Shown one piece after another: positions 48,371-58,279 of a stretch of DNA of 64,000 nt. The translations under genes were made by a program, and so were the position numbers. The stretch comes from Candidatus Latescibacterota bacterium (GTDB lineage Bacteria > Latescibacterota > UBA2968 > GCA-2709665): positions 512,001-576,000 of the forward strand of contig OZ252100.1 of assembly GCA_965248435.1 (NCBI GenBank). Direction: 5' to 3'. Below the pieces are notes generated by a model, which was not told where the DNA came from, did no database searches, and worked only from the letters and a program-made list of their open reading frames with translations. The first letter of the stretch is position 1. Each line of letters starts with the position of its first letter.

Positions 48371-49723
48371 CTATCCAATCGCAATCGCCCGTCCATCAAT
48401 CCCTTCGGGCACTGCAACATCCATCGCGCTAAGCACCGTGGGCATCACATCGATCACGCTCAACGGACCTTCATCAATGCCCTTCCGGTTCACGTAGAAC
48501 ATCGCGTCGTCGAGCGTGTGCGTGCCCGTCACAGGGCTCGGCTCGAATAAGACGCGTTTTTCAAAGCCGCCTTTGAGATCGTAGCCCCGTGAAGGTACAG
48601 CAAGGAAGTCAGGCGCGGTGTCCAACACGGGACGGTCGCACAGTTCTTCCCGCATCAAGACCTTTTGAATCACCTTCCTGCCACTCTCGGGGTCTTTTAA
48701 CTCCAGGAGTCCCGCTGAGATCTCCCTGCGCACCGAGTCATATTCCTCTCCAGGCGCCACGCATCCGTACCGCTCCCGTCCACGCACAGAGACGTAGAAC
48801 CGACCCGGAAGAAGCGAATAGCACCGTGTAGAGGGAAGCATATCGCGGAGCTGCTGCGGGGTGTCGGTATCGAAACTGAGATATCCGCCCTGTCTGAGCC
48901 AGTAGTTGAGATGGACCTCCTGGTTCAACCGGCAAAACCCGTGATCTGACAGGATGATCAACAAGACATCTTCGTCCAGACGGCGGACCAGTTCTCCGAT
49001 GGCCTCGTCGACGCGCGCATAAAACTTGAAGAACCAGGGCGCAAGCTCCTCGTTTTCATCTTCCATTTCTCCCCACAGAAAATGGTTCATCCGATCCGTA
49101 TCCATCACGTGCGTCACGAAAAAATCCCACGGTTCTCTCGCAAGAAATTTGAACATCGCTTCGCATCGACGCTCAAAGGCAACAAACAGGTCGTCCAAAA
49201 ATTTCCGCTTATCCTCGCGTGCCTGCCAGGCGTCGATGTCGATGACATACCCCATGGCCTCAAGTTCCTTTTCTACTTCCAGTGGATAGGTCGCGTTTCT
49301 CAGACTGGGCGCCATGAACCCAGAAATGAGCACTCCGTTCACGGCCCTCGGGGGGTAGGTCATCGGCACGCCCATCGAGAAAACCCGCTTGCCCATACCG
49401 CTCAGGATGTCGATCCACGTTTTCACCTTCAGGTTTCGAGAGCTGGGGATAAACATCTCATGCGTGCGGGGATGGCGATCTATGAATCCAAAGATGTCGT
49501 GCTTCCCGGGCAAACAGCCCGTCACGATCGAAGCCCAGGCAACGGACGAAACGGTGGGCAGGACAGACTGCATCGGTAGGATCGATCCCTGGTCCAGGAG
49601 CCGGCCCAGGTTTGGCAATTCGCCGGCATCCACCAGGCGCCGAATCAGGCTGTAGGGCGCGCCATCTAGCCCGATAATCACGGCCCTGGGCTGCTGTCCT
49701 TGTGAAGGACCGAATATCCTCAC
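48371..49723 (-). CDS. Alkaline phosphatase superfamily phosphodiesterase/nucleotide pyrophosphatase
   Basis: IIGLDGA, PTVSSVAW..TG..PGKH.IFGF, DRMNHFLW, SDHGF, TGTH. Confidence 0.88.
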   Translation of the reverse strand: MRIFGPSQGQQPRAVIIGLDGAPYSLIRRLVDAGELPNLGRLLDQGSILPMQSVLPTVSSVAWASIVTGCLPGKHDIFGFIDRHPRTHEMFIPSSRNLKVKTWIDILSGMGKRVFSMGVPMTYPPRAVNGVLISGFMAPSLRNATYPLEVEKELEAMGYVIDIDAWQAREDKRKFLDDLFVAFERRCEAMFKFLAREPWDFFVTHVMDTDRMNHFLWGEMEDENEELAPWFFKFYARVDEAIGELVRRLDEDVLLIILSDHGFCRLNQEVHLNYWLRQGGYLSFDTDTPQQLRDMLPSTRCYSLLPGRFYVSVRGRERYGCVAPGEEYDSVRREISAGLLELKDPESGRKVIQKVLMREELCDRPVLDTAPDFLAVPSRGYDLKGGFEKRVLFEPSPVTGTHTLDDAMFYVNRKGIDEGPLSVIDVMPTVLSAMDVAVPEGIDGRAIAIG

Positions 49724-49747
49724 CGAAACCACCCCCGCAGACCCTAC

Positions 49748-49796
49748 AAAAAAGGCCCTTGGCCCTTCAGGCATTTCGCCGGAAGCCAAAGGCCTT
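49748..49796 (-). terminator. Terminator of the tRNA-Arg/tRNA-His transcript
   Basis: Minus strand aaggcctttggcttc...gaagggccaagggccttttttt. Confidence 0.7.
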
Positions 49797-49813
49797 GATC
49801 AAATCAAGATGGA

Positions 49814-49891
49814 TGGGGTGAGTGAGGGGACTTGAACCCCCGACCTCCTGGGCCACAACCAGGTGCTCTAACCGCCTGAGCTACACTCACC
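49814..49891 (-). tRNA. tRNA-His (GTG)
   Basis: G-1 extended acceptor GGTGAGTG/CACTCACC, CCTGG-TTGTGGC-CCAGG, encoded CCA. Confidence 0.96.
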
Positions 49892-49904
49892 ACACGGGTC
49901 GTCT

Positions 49905-49978
49905 TACTCCCGGCAGGACTCGAACCTGCGACCTACTGCTTAGAAGGCAGTTGCTCTATCCACCTGAGCTACGGGAGC
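49905..49978 (-). tRNA. tRNA-Arg (TCT), CCA not encoded
   Basis: GCTCCCG/CGGGAGT acceptor, ACTGC-CTTCTAA-GCAGT, TTCGAGT. Confidence 0.95.
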
Positions 49979-50045
49979 ACAAATAAGATCGATTCCCTAC
50001 GAAATCCCCTCCAAGAGAAATCCCTCGATCTCAATAATTTACAAA

Positions 50046-50074
50046 AATATAGAAGTTCTCGATTCCCGAGACAA
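50046..50074 (-). promoter_or_regulatory. Promoter of the tRNA pair
   Basis: Minus strand TTGTCT-17 nt-TATATT. Confidence 0.6.
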
Positions 50075-50232
50075 GCACAAAACACTCGTAAGTCGGCCTG
50101 GCGTATGAGCTCACGTTAGGTGGGGGCTCATTTCGCAAATTATCGTATCTTGCCATCAGAAAAGTGGCTATTTTACAACATGTGAATTGGGAGCTGGAAT
50201 GGCGGAGTTCGGGAGAATCTAGGAAGATCCAG

Positions 50233-50607
50233 ATGGGTCAAGATTGCCTTACAGTCCTTCTGGTGGACGATGAGGAGATCATCCACCAGACGTTAGGAGA
50301 GTACCTGTCGGAGTGCGGCCACGCCGTTAACAGTATTTTCAACGGGTCCGCCGCTTTAGAAGCGATCAGGACCTTCCCATACGATCTGGCCCTGGTCGAC
50401 GTTCGTATGCCGGGACTGGACGGATTTACCCTCTTGAGAAGGAGCCTGGAGATTCAACCACACATGACCGTAGTCTTGATGACCGGACACGGAGATTCGA
50501 AGATGTCTGAAGAGGCTTTCAAGCTCGGCGCATTCGATTTCTTGCTCAAGCCTGTCAAACTGACAGACCTGGACCTCCTGTTGAAAAAGATAGGCCCGGC
50601 CGACTGA
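50233..50607 (+). CDS. Single-domain response regulator
   Basis: LLVDDE, LVDVRMPGLDG, MTGHG, KPV. Confidence 0.9.
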   Translation: MGQDCLTVLLVDDEEIIHQTLGEYLSECGHAVNSIFNGSAALEAIRTFPYDLALVDVRMPGLDGFTLLRRSLEIQPHMTVVLMTGHGDSKMSEEAFKLGAFDFLLKPVKLTDLDLLLKKIGPAD

Positions 50608-50751
50608 TAGGCACAACTCAGTCCTTCTATTTCGCCGGTACCCTTCAGGTCGAGTCTACCACCGGTGAAGGCACTACTGTCATCATCTCACTGCCTGCAG
50701 AGAACGGTCAATAGACCCAACCCATCGCACGACCTCCAAGGTGTTGCCCTA

Positions 50752-51534
50752 TCAACCCCACAGCCCATCGTTGGCCGTCAGAATTTCCGGCCCATCGGAA
50801 AGGATCGCGACGGTATGCTCGAAATGGGCAGATAAACTCCCATCCGCGGTCACAGAAGTCCATCCATCATCCAGAAACCTGACTTCGTGTGTTCCGCTGC
50901 TCAGCATCGGTTCGATGGCGAGCACCATGCCAGGCCTCAATCGTGTACCCCTTCCCGGCGTCCCGAAGTTGAAGACCTGCGGCTCCTCCCACATGTTCTG
51001 ACCGATCCCGTGCCCGAAAAGATCCCGGATCACCGAAAACCCTTTGTCCTCTGCACAGCGCTGCACCGCGAAACCGACGTCGCCCAGCCGATTTCCAGGT
51101 TTTGCGGCATCTATCGCACAATTCAGAGAGGCCCGGGTCGCATCGAGCAGGCTTTGGGCTTCCGATGAGATTTGGCCCACGGGAAACGTAAACGCATTGT
51201 CGCCGTGATACCCGTCCACGTTCACCGCGACGTCGATCCCGAGAATATCCCCTTCGCTCAATGTCCGTTTTCGGTCTGGGATCCCGTGCACGATCTCTTC
51301 ATTGATGGATGCGCAGATCGTCGCCGGGTAAGGAGGGTGACCCGCAGGCCCATAACCCAAGAAGGATGGAAGCCCGCCCAGCTCCGCGATGAGCCCTCGT
51401 GAAATCTCGTCCAATTCAAGCGTGCTGATGCCCCGCCGCACAGCTTCTCCGAGCGCCTGGAGGACTTCCGCCGCTGCCTGCCCGCTCTTCTTTATCTTTT
51501 CGATCTCAGCAGGGGTTTTGAGCCTGATCGCCAT
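50752..51534 (-). CDS. map: Type I methionine aminopeptidase
   Basis: CASINEEIVHGIP, GYHGD, GHGIG, LAIEPM, SAHFEHT. Confidence 0.96.
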   Translation of the reverse strand: MAIRLKTPAEIEKIKKSGQAAAEVLQALGEAVRRGISTLELDEISRGLIAELGGLPSFLGYGPAGHPPYPATICASINEEIVHGIPDRKRTLSEGDILGIDVAVNVDGYHGDNAFTFPVGQISSEAQSLLDATRASLNCAIDAAKPGNRLGDVGFAVQRCAEDKGFSVIRDLFGHGIGQNMWEEPQVFNFGTPGRGTRLRPGMVLAIEPMLSSGTHEVRFLDDGWTSVTADGSLSAHFEHTVAILSDGPEILTANDGLWG

Positions 51535-51622
51535 GCCTTCCCGCTCACCTTGAGGGCTTCAACCTGGAGGGTTTCCGCACGTCGTGACAGACCCCAAGCT
51601 ACTGAAAACCACCCGAGCCTGC

Positions 51623-52915
51623 TCAAAAATGGTGAGACACCTTCAGTTCTGCGTGGCCGTCCCGTCTGAATCCGTATAGGGGGTCATCCGGGCGGGTCCT
51701 CAGGAACCCACGCATCTCCAGCTCGACTTTCCACCTGTCCCCTACCCGGCGGCTTGCCTCGACGAGTATAAGACTGATTCCAGCTGCACGGTCAACGATC
51801 AATCCGGCGAGGACCTCGGAACTCTGAACATCGTTCAACGCGAGTCGCATCCCTGAGAAAACGTCATCTTCAAACGGAGTCAACGCTTCAGTGCCGCGTG
51901 AGTCGCGCATGTACTCGACCAGGAGACCGATATCCGTGCCCGTCTGTCTCACGTTCGCGATCGTGTACTCGAAGCCCCCTGTCATCGCCGTGAAGCGCCC
52001 GGACCCACCGCTTCGATGTATCATCTCCAACTTCCAGAGCCATCCGCCGGAGACCATCTGGGTGTCGAATCCGGTCTGCTGAATGGCGTGGTATCGAGGC
52101 CGAAGCACGCCACCGTCCAACGCCAGGATCGGATCCCGACCCGTCCCCGAGAAGTGCGATATACCCAAATCGAACGGACCGATCGTATGAAACCACCGGG
52201 CCGCCCACCCGAGATGACGTTTGAGGCTCCCGCGGTCATAGTCCGCATCACCTTTCACCTCCAGCGGTGTTCTTAGCCTGCCGTCACCACCCGGAAACGT
52301 CCGCTCACGAAATCCCGTCAGCGTGTAGAGATCTAGCGTGCCCCAATCGTTGACGAGGGTCAGAGTCACCATGGGCTGACCCAGTTTTGCCTCACCATCC
52401 GTACGTTCTACACCATCGGTCTGATTCAAAATGTCCACGAGATGTTGTGACTCGGTCACCCCCCAGAAGACAGTCTGTACGCCAACACGCAGTTCCCACC
52501 GATCACCGATCTTTTCCCAGAAGAGCTCCCGGATGTCCCAATGCGTTCGCTGGCCGTCGTTTCGGTCCAGCCTAAGGAATCCCTCGAACGATATCGCCTG
52601 CCGTCCTCGATTCCATTCAAGGAAGAATTCGGGTGCGGACACCATCGAGACATCAACGCTGTTCTGGCGGTTCGACAGAGGCGACTTGGGAAAGGCTCGC
52701 GACTCTATCGCGTAAAACCCCGACCAATCCGCACCGTGGGAGGTGCCGGAAGACACCACAGAAAGGATCCCAGCCCCGATCAACACACGAAGGGTGCTGC
52801 GATACCCTAAGATGCCACCTCTCCTCCCGGATTGGCCGCCGGGGCGAATCAACCTCCGAAGAATCGGTAGGATCCGATTTCTGTGAGCGGCGTTACCACC
52901 GGAGGCTCCTCGCAC
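51623..52915 (-). CDS. Putative outer-membrane beta-barrel partner of the MMPL/LolA-like pair (start uncertain, probably downstream of 52849)
   Basis: Signal-like segment, DIREL.W, FWGVTESQHLVD..NQTD, alternating beta pattern, terminal F. Confidence 0.75.
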   Translation of the reverse strand: MRGASGGNAAHRNRILPILRRLIRPGGQSGRRGGILGYRSTLRVLIGAGILSVVSSGTSHGADWSGFYAIESRAFPKSPLSNRQNSVDVSMVSAPEFFLEWNRGRQAISFEGFLRLDRNDGQRTHWDIRELFWEKIGDRWELRVGVQTVFWGVTESQHLVDILNQTDGVERTDGEAKLGQPMVTLTLVNDWGTLDLYTLTGFRERTFPGGDGRLRTPLEVKGDADYDRGSLKRHLGWAARWFHTIGPFDLGISHFSGTGRDPILALDGGVLRPRYHAIQQTGFDTQMVSGGWLWKLEMIHRSGGSGRFTAMTGGFEYTIANVRQTGTDIGLLVEYMRDSRGTEALTPFEDDVFSGMRLALNDVQSSEVLAGLIVDRAAGISLILVEASRRVGDRWKVELEMRGFLRTRPDDPLYGFRRDGHAELKVSHHF

Positions 52916-53157
52916 CGATCTTCTATCGCTTCCACGAATGTATCGAACGCCTCGAGTTCAGCGAGTGGGTTACTGCCGTCCTCCGTTTCGATGGACGCGA
53001 CGTGTAGGAAACTGACGCCGTCTTCCAGCTTGAAAGAGGCATACCGGATGCCTGATGGCGATGATTTCTGGAGCGCATCGAATACATTCTCGATCAATTG
53101 CTGATTCTCCCCGGCCCTGTCGGCCTTTACCTTGTAACGGACCATCACACGCTTCAT
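52849..53157 (-). CDS. Small dimeric alpha-beta barrel (ABM-like) hypothetical protein
   Basis: VMVRYKVKADRA.EN..LI..VF..L, Y..F...DG..F.H; ggaggg RBS. Confidence 0.7.
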   Translation of the reverse strand: MKRVMVRYKVKADRAGENQQLIENVFDALQKSSPSGIRYASFKLEDGVSFLHVASIETEDGSNPLAELEAFDTFVEAIEDRCEEPPVVTPLTEIGSYRFFGG

Positions 53158-53193
53158 AACTTCCCTCCGGTCGGAATGAATTTTGAATTCGGA

Positions 53194-54144
53194 TTACCGG
53201 ACCCTTCTCAGGCTCGTCCTGTCGAAATCCCGCTCCGTCAGGCCTGTGGCAAACGTATACGATGCCCAGGTGAGTGTCGTCGACTTGCCGGTCTGGTGAT
53301 TCACCATCTCCATACGATCGGCGCGCCAATATCTCTCGAGGTAAGGCTGATAACCATGATAAGTCAGCGTCTTCAAGAGATCATCTTTCCGGTCGTAAAA
53401 TTCGATACGAACGGGTTGGAAATGTTGCCCGTGGTGCCAGACGATCTGCCGGGTATATCCCGACTTCGGGTCGACCGGATAGCGTTCCACCACGAGCGTG
53501 GCCCGCCCATCGAGGGACTCTTCCCGCAGGAATCGGTAGGTGTACTTCTCCACTTCCTGCGAGGTAATGTCTTCGTAGGCGAATTCACTGCCCATGAATG
53601 GCCCCGATTTGTTATTCGAAGCGATTCGCTTCACCCGCTTGAGCGCCGGCAGATAGAGCCATTGATCATCGGGTCCTGACTTGTGCGTAAAAGAGAGGAA
53701 CGCAGTCCCCTTAACGTCCCGCGGTTCCTCGAAGATCACGAGCGTCTTATCCCCGTCATCCGTCATCTCCAGGGTTTTCGTTCGCATCGCGCGCGAGCTC
53801 TCCTCGCCGTGACGATTCCTCAAAATCATCCTCATATCCGCGGTGAAATCTCCAAACCCTCTGTCTCGCGCGTCGGCTTCCACTGCCACTTCCATCCCTT
53901 TCCCCTCCGCGGTGACCGCCTTGCCCGAAGGGCCGGGAAGGCTGGCCAGGGCCGGGGGGGTCACGGTCTCCGGTGGTTGGGCGAAGGGGGCCCCTGCACC
54001 CAGCAGAAATGACAGGGAAGGTGCTGCTAGATTACGGCCCGCCCTCATAAGGGCGAATCGAGTCAACCCGTTGAGCATTCCTCTGAACCCGACAGCCACA
54101 GTTTCGATGAACACAGTCACTCCTCCTTTCAAAATGCTATTCAC
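53194..54144 (-). CDS. Outer-membrane lipoprotein-sorting (LolA-like) protein; start uncertain
   Basis: F.EP.DVKGTAFL, DDQWLYLPALKRVKRI, GPFMGSEFAYED. Confidence 0.88.
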   Translation of the reverse strand: MNSILKGGVTVFIETVAVGFRGMLNGLTRFALMRAGRNLAAPSLSFLLGAGAPFAQPPETVTPPALASLPGPSGKAVTAEGKGMEVAVEADARDRGFGDFTADMRMILRNRHGEESSRAMRTKTLEMTDDGDKTLVIFEEPRDVKGTAFLSFTHKSGPDDQWLYLPALKRVKRIASNNKSGPFMGSEFAYEDITSQEVEKYTYRFLREESLDGRATLVVERYPVDPKSGYTRQIVWHHGQHFQPVRIEFYDRKDDLLKTLTYHGYQPYLERYWRADRMEMVNHQTGKSTTLTWASYTFATGLTERDFDRTSLRRVR

Positions 54145-56531
54145 TCTCCCAGGGCCGGAACGGGACCTCCTTCACTCGGCGTTGGCTCCACGCTTCTTTC
54201 CAAAGCCGGTGCTCGTCTGCGTCCATCCAGGGCGGTAAGCAGCGGCGGCAAGAAAAGGAAGTCCGCTAAGAGCGCGAGCCCAACCGTCAGCGCCGTCATC
54301 TTTCCCATTCCGGAGTTGAATCCAAACGTAGATTGAGCGAGAATCATGAATCCCGCGACGAGAATCAGAGATGTCACGACGAGCGCGGTGCCGACTGAGG
54401 AGAAAGCGTAGCGCACAGCATCGAACGGGTCCAGATCCCGCTCCCTGCGGGCGCGCAGGTACTTGCTCATGAAGTGCACAGTGTCATCGACGACGATCCC
54501 CAACGTCATTCCCACAACGACAGAGAGGCCAAGATTCACCTGCGCGACCAGGAGCCCCCATAGTCCGAAAGAGAGGATGGCCGGCACGAGGTTCGGAACA
54601 AGACTGAGCATACCGAACTTCACGCTTCTGAGTGCCAGGATCAGGATCAGGGAGATGATCCCGAACGCCAACAGCGTCCCGACCAGCATGCTCTTGATGT
54701 TCCGGTCCGAAATGTATGAGAACATCACAGCCGGACCGACACCCACCGCGTGCATATACTCCGGTGTGTTTTGCTGCAGCCAGGTCTCCCCAGACTCGAC
54801 CAGCCCTCGAAGCCTCCGGGTCGTCACATTCTCCGCCGTGACAATCAGACGTGACGCGGACTTGCCCACGTTGATCTGGTTGTTCAAATCCAGTCCGTAA
54901 GGCAATGACATCTCGTACAGGAGGAGATATTGAGCTGACAGGTCGGGAAATTCTGGAATCCGATGGTAGGCCGGATCGTCGTCGTGCATGTTCGCATTCA
55001 GGCGCTTCATCGTCTCACTCAGACTGTTCACGTGCACTACGCCCGACTGCGCGCGGAACCACTGGCTGAAGGCGTCCAGCCGCTCGAGATATGCCGGATC
55101 ACTGATTCCCTGACTGCGGCCTGCCCCGATCGAATATTCGATCTGATAGATTCCGCTAAGGTTCTCCATCGCGAAGTCCGTATCGCCCCGGAACGGGATA
55201 CTGTGGTCAAAATACTTCACGAACTGATCGTTCAAGTCGTTGCGGGGGATAAAGAAACCGAGCACCAGTACGACGGCTACGGAGCCCCAGAGGAGAGGCC
55301 TCCGACGGGTGATGACGTAATCAGCGAATCGGTCCATCATCCCGTACGAACGTTCGGGTCGAGGTTTCACCCTGAGGGGGAGTACCGCCATCAGGGCCGG
55401 CAGTAGCAGGACCGAAAACAGGAAGGCTGCCGTCACACCCATCGCGGTGATGTTTCCGAGGTCGCGAAAAGGAGGAACATCGCTGAAGTTCATGCTCAGA
55501 AAGCCTATGGCCGTAGTCAGGCTCGTGAGGAACACGGGCTGCATGTTTACGCGCAGGCTCTCGACGATCGCCTCCTGCTTGGAAAACCCTCGTCGCATAT
55601 ACTGGAGCATAGTGACGAGCACGTGAACGCTGTCTGCCACTGCAAGCGTCATAATCACCGTCGGCGCGGCAGAAGATGGAGGCGTGATCGGAATGCCCAA
55701 CCACCCCGCCATGCCCACGCCGGTGCCTGCCGAAAAGGTGATGATCAGTCCAGTCGCAAAGGTCGCGCTCACACTCCGTAGCAACAGGGCCATAGCCAGG
55801 AAGATGCCCAGATACATCAGCGGTACCAGCGTCTGCATGTCCTTCAGCGAGGCCTCCTGGAATGCGTTGTTGAGCATCGCGAAGCCGGTCAGGTAGACCT
55901 CGATTTCGGGATAGGCCGCCTCTACTTCAGTGACAAGAACGCGGGCGTGGGCCGCTGCCTCGTCGCTCTCGTTGGGGCTGAGCCCGGGCAGTTGGAGTGT
56001 GACGTTGACTCCGGTTACGTGAGCACGCTCGGGGATCAGATAATTCACCAGACGCGGATCACTCAAAGCCACGGCCCGCGCAGCGGCAAGTTCATCCTCC
56101 GACCTGCCGGCCGCCCCTTCCACCAGGTCTGACACGATCAGGTCATCCCCATCCGCCCGCGTGTACTGGAAATTTGTGACGGCGTCAACTCGAATCGCAT
56201 ACGGGATCTTCCAGGCTTCCCGGGTCAGCGACTCGACCGCGCTCAAGGTCCGTGACGTGAACACCTCCTCGTCTTCAGGAGCGACGACGAACAGGATGTT
56301 GTCGTTCTTTGTGTAGATGTTCTGAACCGCATCGAACGCCTTGAGCTGTGGATTGTCCGGCCCGAAGAAGACGCGGTATTCAGTTATCATACGCAGGAAT
56401 CCTGCGCCGCTCGTCGCGGCGATCCCCGTCACGATCGAGAGGGCGAGCACCGCCCATCTCCATCGAATCAACCATTCACTATAGCGAACTACCCGATTGT
56501 TCCCGCTCTTCTGCGCTTCAGATGACTTCAC
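54141..56531 (-). CDS. MMPL/RND family transporter
   Basis: Two TM repeats with LAVADSVH and GIVVDDTVHF, LTSLTTAIGF. Confidence 0.92.
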   Translation of the reverse strand: MKSSEAQKSGNNRVVRYSEWLIRWRWAVLALSIVTGIAATSGAGFLRMITEYRVFFGPDNPQLKAFDAVQNIYTKNDNILFVVAPEDEEVFTSRTLSAVESLTREAWKIPYAIRVDAVTNFQYTRADGDDLIVSDLVEGAAGRSEDELAAARAVALSDPRLVNYLIPERAHVTGVNVTLQLPGLSPNESDEAAAHARVLVTEVEAAYPEIEVYLTGFAMLNNAFQEASLKDMQTLVPLMYLGIFLAMALLLRSVSATFATGLIITFSAGTGVGMAGWLGIPITPPSSAAPTVIMTLAVADSVHVLVTMLQYMRRGFSKQEAIVESLRVNMQPVFLTSLTTAIGFLSMNFSDVPPFRDLGNITAMGVTAAFLFSVLLLPALMAVLPLRVKPRPERSYGMMDRFADYVITRRRPLLWGSVAVVLVLGFFIPRNDLNDQFVKYFDHSIPFRGDTDFAMENLSGIYQIEYSIGAGRSQGISDPAYLERLDAFSQWFRAQSGVVHVNSLSETMKRLNANMHDDDPAYHRIPEFPDLSAQYLLLYEMSLPYGLDLNNQINVGKSASRLIVTAENVTTRRLRGLVESGETWLQQNTPEYMHAVGVGPAVMFSYISDRNIKSMLVGTLLAFGIISLILILALRSVKFGMLSLVPNLVPAILSFGLWGLLVAQVNLGLSVVVGMTLGIVVDDTVHFMSKYLRARRERDLDPFDAVRYAFSSVGTALVVTSLILVAGFMILAQSTFGFNSGMGKMTALTVGLALLADFLFLPPLLTALDGRRRAPALERSVEPTPSEGGPVPALGE

Positions 56532-56635
56532 GGTTTCATCCCTTCCCTGTCGACCTCTGCTACTGTAATAGACTCCACAAAATCTCCTCTCCTGTTAAGA
56601 CTGCTACTGTGCAGGAATTCGGCGGAGCCCTGCTA

Positions 56636-57343
56636 TCAATCGTCGTACTGATCGTTACGACGAAGCCATGCCATGGTATAAGGCAAGGCATCTTCGTCGC
56701 GCCCCCTGGGCACAAGATCCATGTAGTGGTACGCCCCGTTCAGCATGTCCAACCCACGCGCGTAGCAGGAATAGGTGTGAAATACCTCTCCCTCCTGGTT
56801 CTTGTAGAACACGCTGATCCCGGCGGCCTCCTCGCTGGGAAACTCGCCGGTGCTGAAGTTGTAGAACATCTCGCCCTTTTCCATCTCCTCGGGCGTGAAT
56901 GACACGTGATAGTCCCTATTGAAGTCGCTTCCATATGACGACACCCACTTAAAGCCCCAGCCTAAGCGCTTCTTATAGGCCTCCAATGTGTCCAACTGCG
57001 CCCTGGAGACCGCGACGAGCGTGATGTCTCGATGATGGAGATGCTGAACGATTCCATTGAAATTATCCGCCCAAAAGGAACAGCTAGGGCAACCCTCCTC
57101 CCAGTCAGGGCCGTACATGAAGTGATAGATGATCAGCTGACTCCGGCCCTCGAACAAATCCACCAGGGTTTCCTTACCGTTTGGACCGCCGAACAAATAT
57201 TCTTTCTCTACCTCTACCCACGGGAGCGCTCGCCTCGCGTGACTCAATTCGTCACGCTGTCGAGTAAACTCCTTCTCTTTTTCCAGATGTTCCTTGCGGG
57301 CAATAAGCCAGTCTTCTCTGGAAACGACACCATGGTCTTGCAT
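56636..57343 (-). CDS. DUF899 thioredoxin-like protein
   Basis: EKEFTR.RD.L...RR.LPW, GCPSCSF, FHTYS.YARG, LVP.GR.E. Confidence 0.9.
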   Translation of the reverse strand: MQDHGVVSREDWLIARKEHLEKEKEFTRQRDELSHARRALPWVEVEKEYLFGGPNGKETLVDLFEGRSQLIIYHFMYGPDWEEGCPSCSFWADNFNGIVQHLHHRDITLVAVSRAQLDTLEAYKKRLGWGFKWVSSYGSDFNRDYHVSFTPEEMEKGEMFYNFSTGEFPSEEAAGISVFYKNQEGEVFHTYSCYARGLDMLNGAYHYMDLVPRGRDEDALPYTMAWLRRNDQYDD

Positions 57344-57377
57344 GCTGAACCTCCCCGTCGCTTGTGGTCGAACCGGA

Positions 57378-57584
57378 TTAATTCAAGAACCAGACTTCCC
57401 CTGCCGCGATTTTTTCTGCATAGCTGGACAGCACAACATATTGCGAGCCGGAGCCGTGTTGCCCTTCCCGGACAACAAGCAAATGGTCTCCGTCGTGACC
57501 TCGGCGGATCTCTTCAACTTCTGCTACTCTGAATTCTGTCCCACTGGCAAAACTCACCTTATCACCGGGTTCGAATCTGGTCAT
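57378..57584 (-). CDS. Small hypothetical protein (68 aa, beta-rich/SH3-like)
   Basis: ggagga RBS, FEPGDKV motif. Confidence 0.6.
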   Translation of the reverse strand: MTRFEPGDKVSFASGTEFRVAEVEEIRRGHDGDHLLVVREGQHGSGSQYVVLSSYAEKIAAGEVWFLN

Positions 57585-57610
57585 TTGCGCTCCTCCTGTA
57601 TGCAATCTTT

Positions 57611-57629
57611 TGTAACCAAACCTGTTACG
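57611..57629. promoter_or_regulatory. Rrf2 operator, copy 2
   Basis: TGTAAC-CAAACCT-GTTACG palindrome. Confidence 0.7.
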
Positions 57630-57677
57630 AATTAGCTCGAAAAGAAACGCTTCAAGTAGAAGCGAAATAAACTGTTG

Positions 57678-58166
57678 CTAGGATCCAGGTGCCGCTCCGC
57701 TCTGGATCGCTTCCTGAAGCCTCGCTTTGAAGACCGGGGTTGCCATGATTTCAGCGGCGAGTTTTGCGAGCGTTTTTTCCTCGAGAACCGTCTCGAAGGC
57801 CGACTCGGCATCATCGCAAACGCATTTGAGTCCATCTTGAATCGTACTGCCAACAGGACAGGCCTGGTTGGGCTCGCTATAATGAAAGTGAAACAGGGAG
57901 TCGTCCTCAGTTGCCCTGTAGATGTCAAGAAGCGTAATTCGGCCCGCCGACCGGGCCAGGCTGAACCCACCCCCTACTCCGGGGTGCGAATCAACGAGAC
58001 CGGCCCGCTTCAGCTGCCCCAGGATCCGCCGGATCACGACCGGATTCGTGTTCACACTACCAGCCATAAAGTTTGAAGTCGCTGCCTCTATTCCCTGAAT
58101 CTCCTTGAGGCAGTGAAGCCCGGCCAGAATGTGAGTCGCAACTGCAAATCGGCTGCTTGGGTTCAT
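57678..58166 (-). CDS. Rrf2 family regulator, SifR/YwnA-like
   Basis: SSRFAVATHIL, SVNTNPVVIRR, G.GGG..L, HYSEPNQACPVG. Confidence 0.92.
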   Translation of the reverse strand: MNPSSRFAVATHILAGLHCLKEIQGIEAATSNFMAGSVNTNPVVIRRILGQLKRAGLVDSHPGVGGGFSLARSAGRITLLDIYRATEDDSLFHFHYSEPNQACPVGSTIQDGLKCVCDDAESAFETVLEEKTLAKLAAEIMATPVFKARLQEAIQSGAAPGS

Positions 58167-58182
58167 GTGACTCCCCTCGATT

Positions 58183-58217
58183 CGTAACAAATATAGTTAC
58201 ATATTAACGTCTGTCAA
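58183..58217 (-). promoter_or_regulatory. Rrf2 promoter with overlapping operator, copy 1
   Basis: Minus strand TTGACA-16 nt-TATATT overlapped by TGTAAC-TATATTT-GTTACG. Confidence 0.75.
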
Positions 58218-58279
58218 GGGGATTAGCTGCAAAATCTCATAGCAAAATTCATAAGCTTTTGAAAACTATAGGCTTATAG

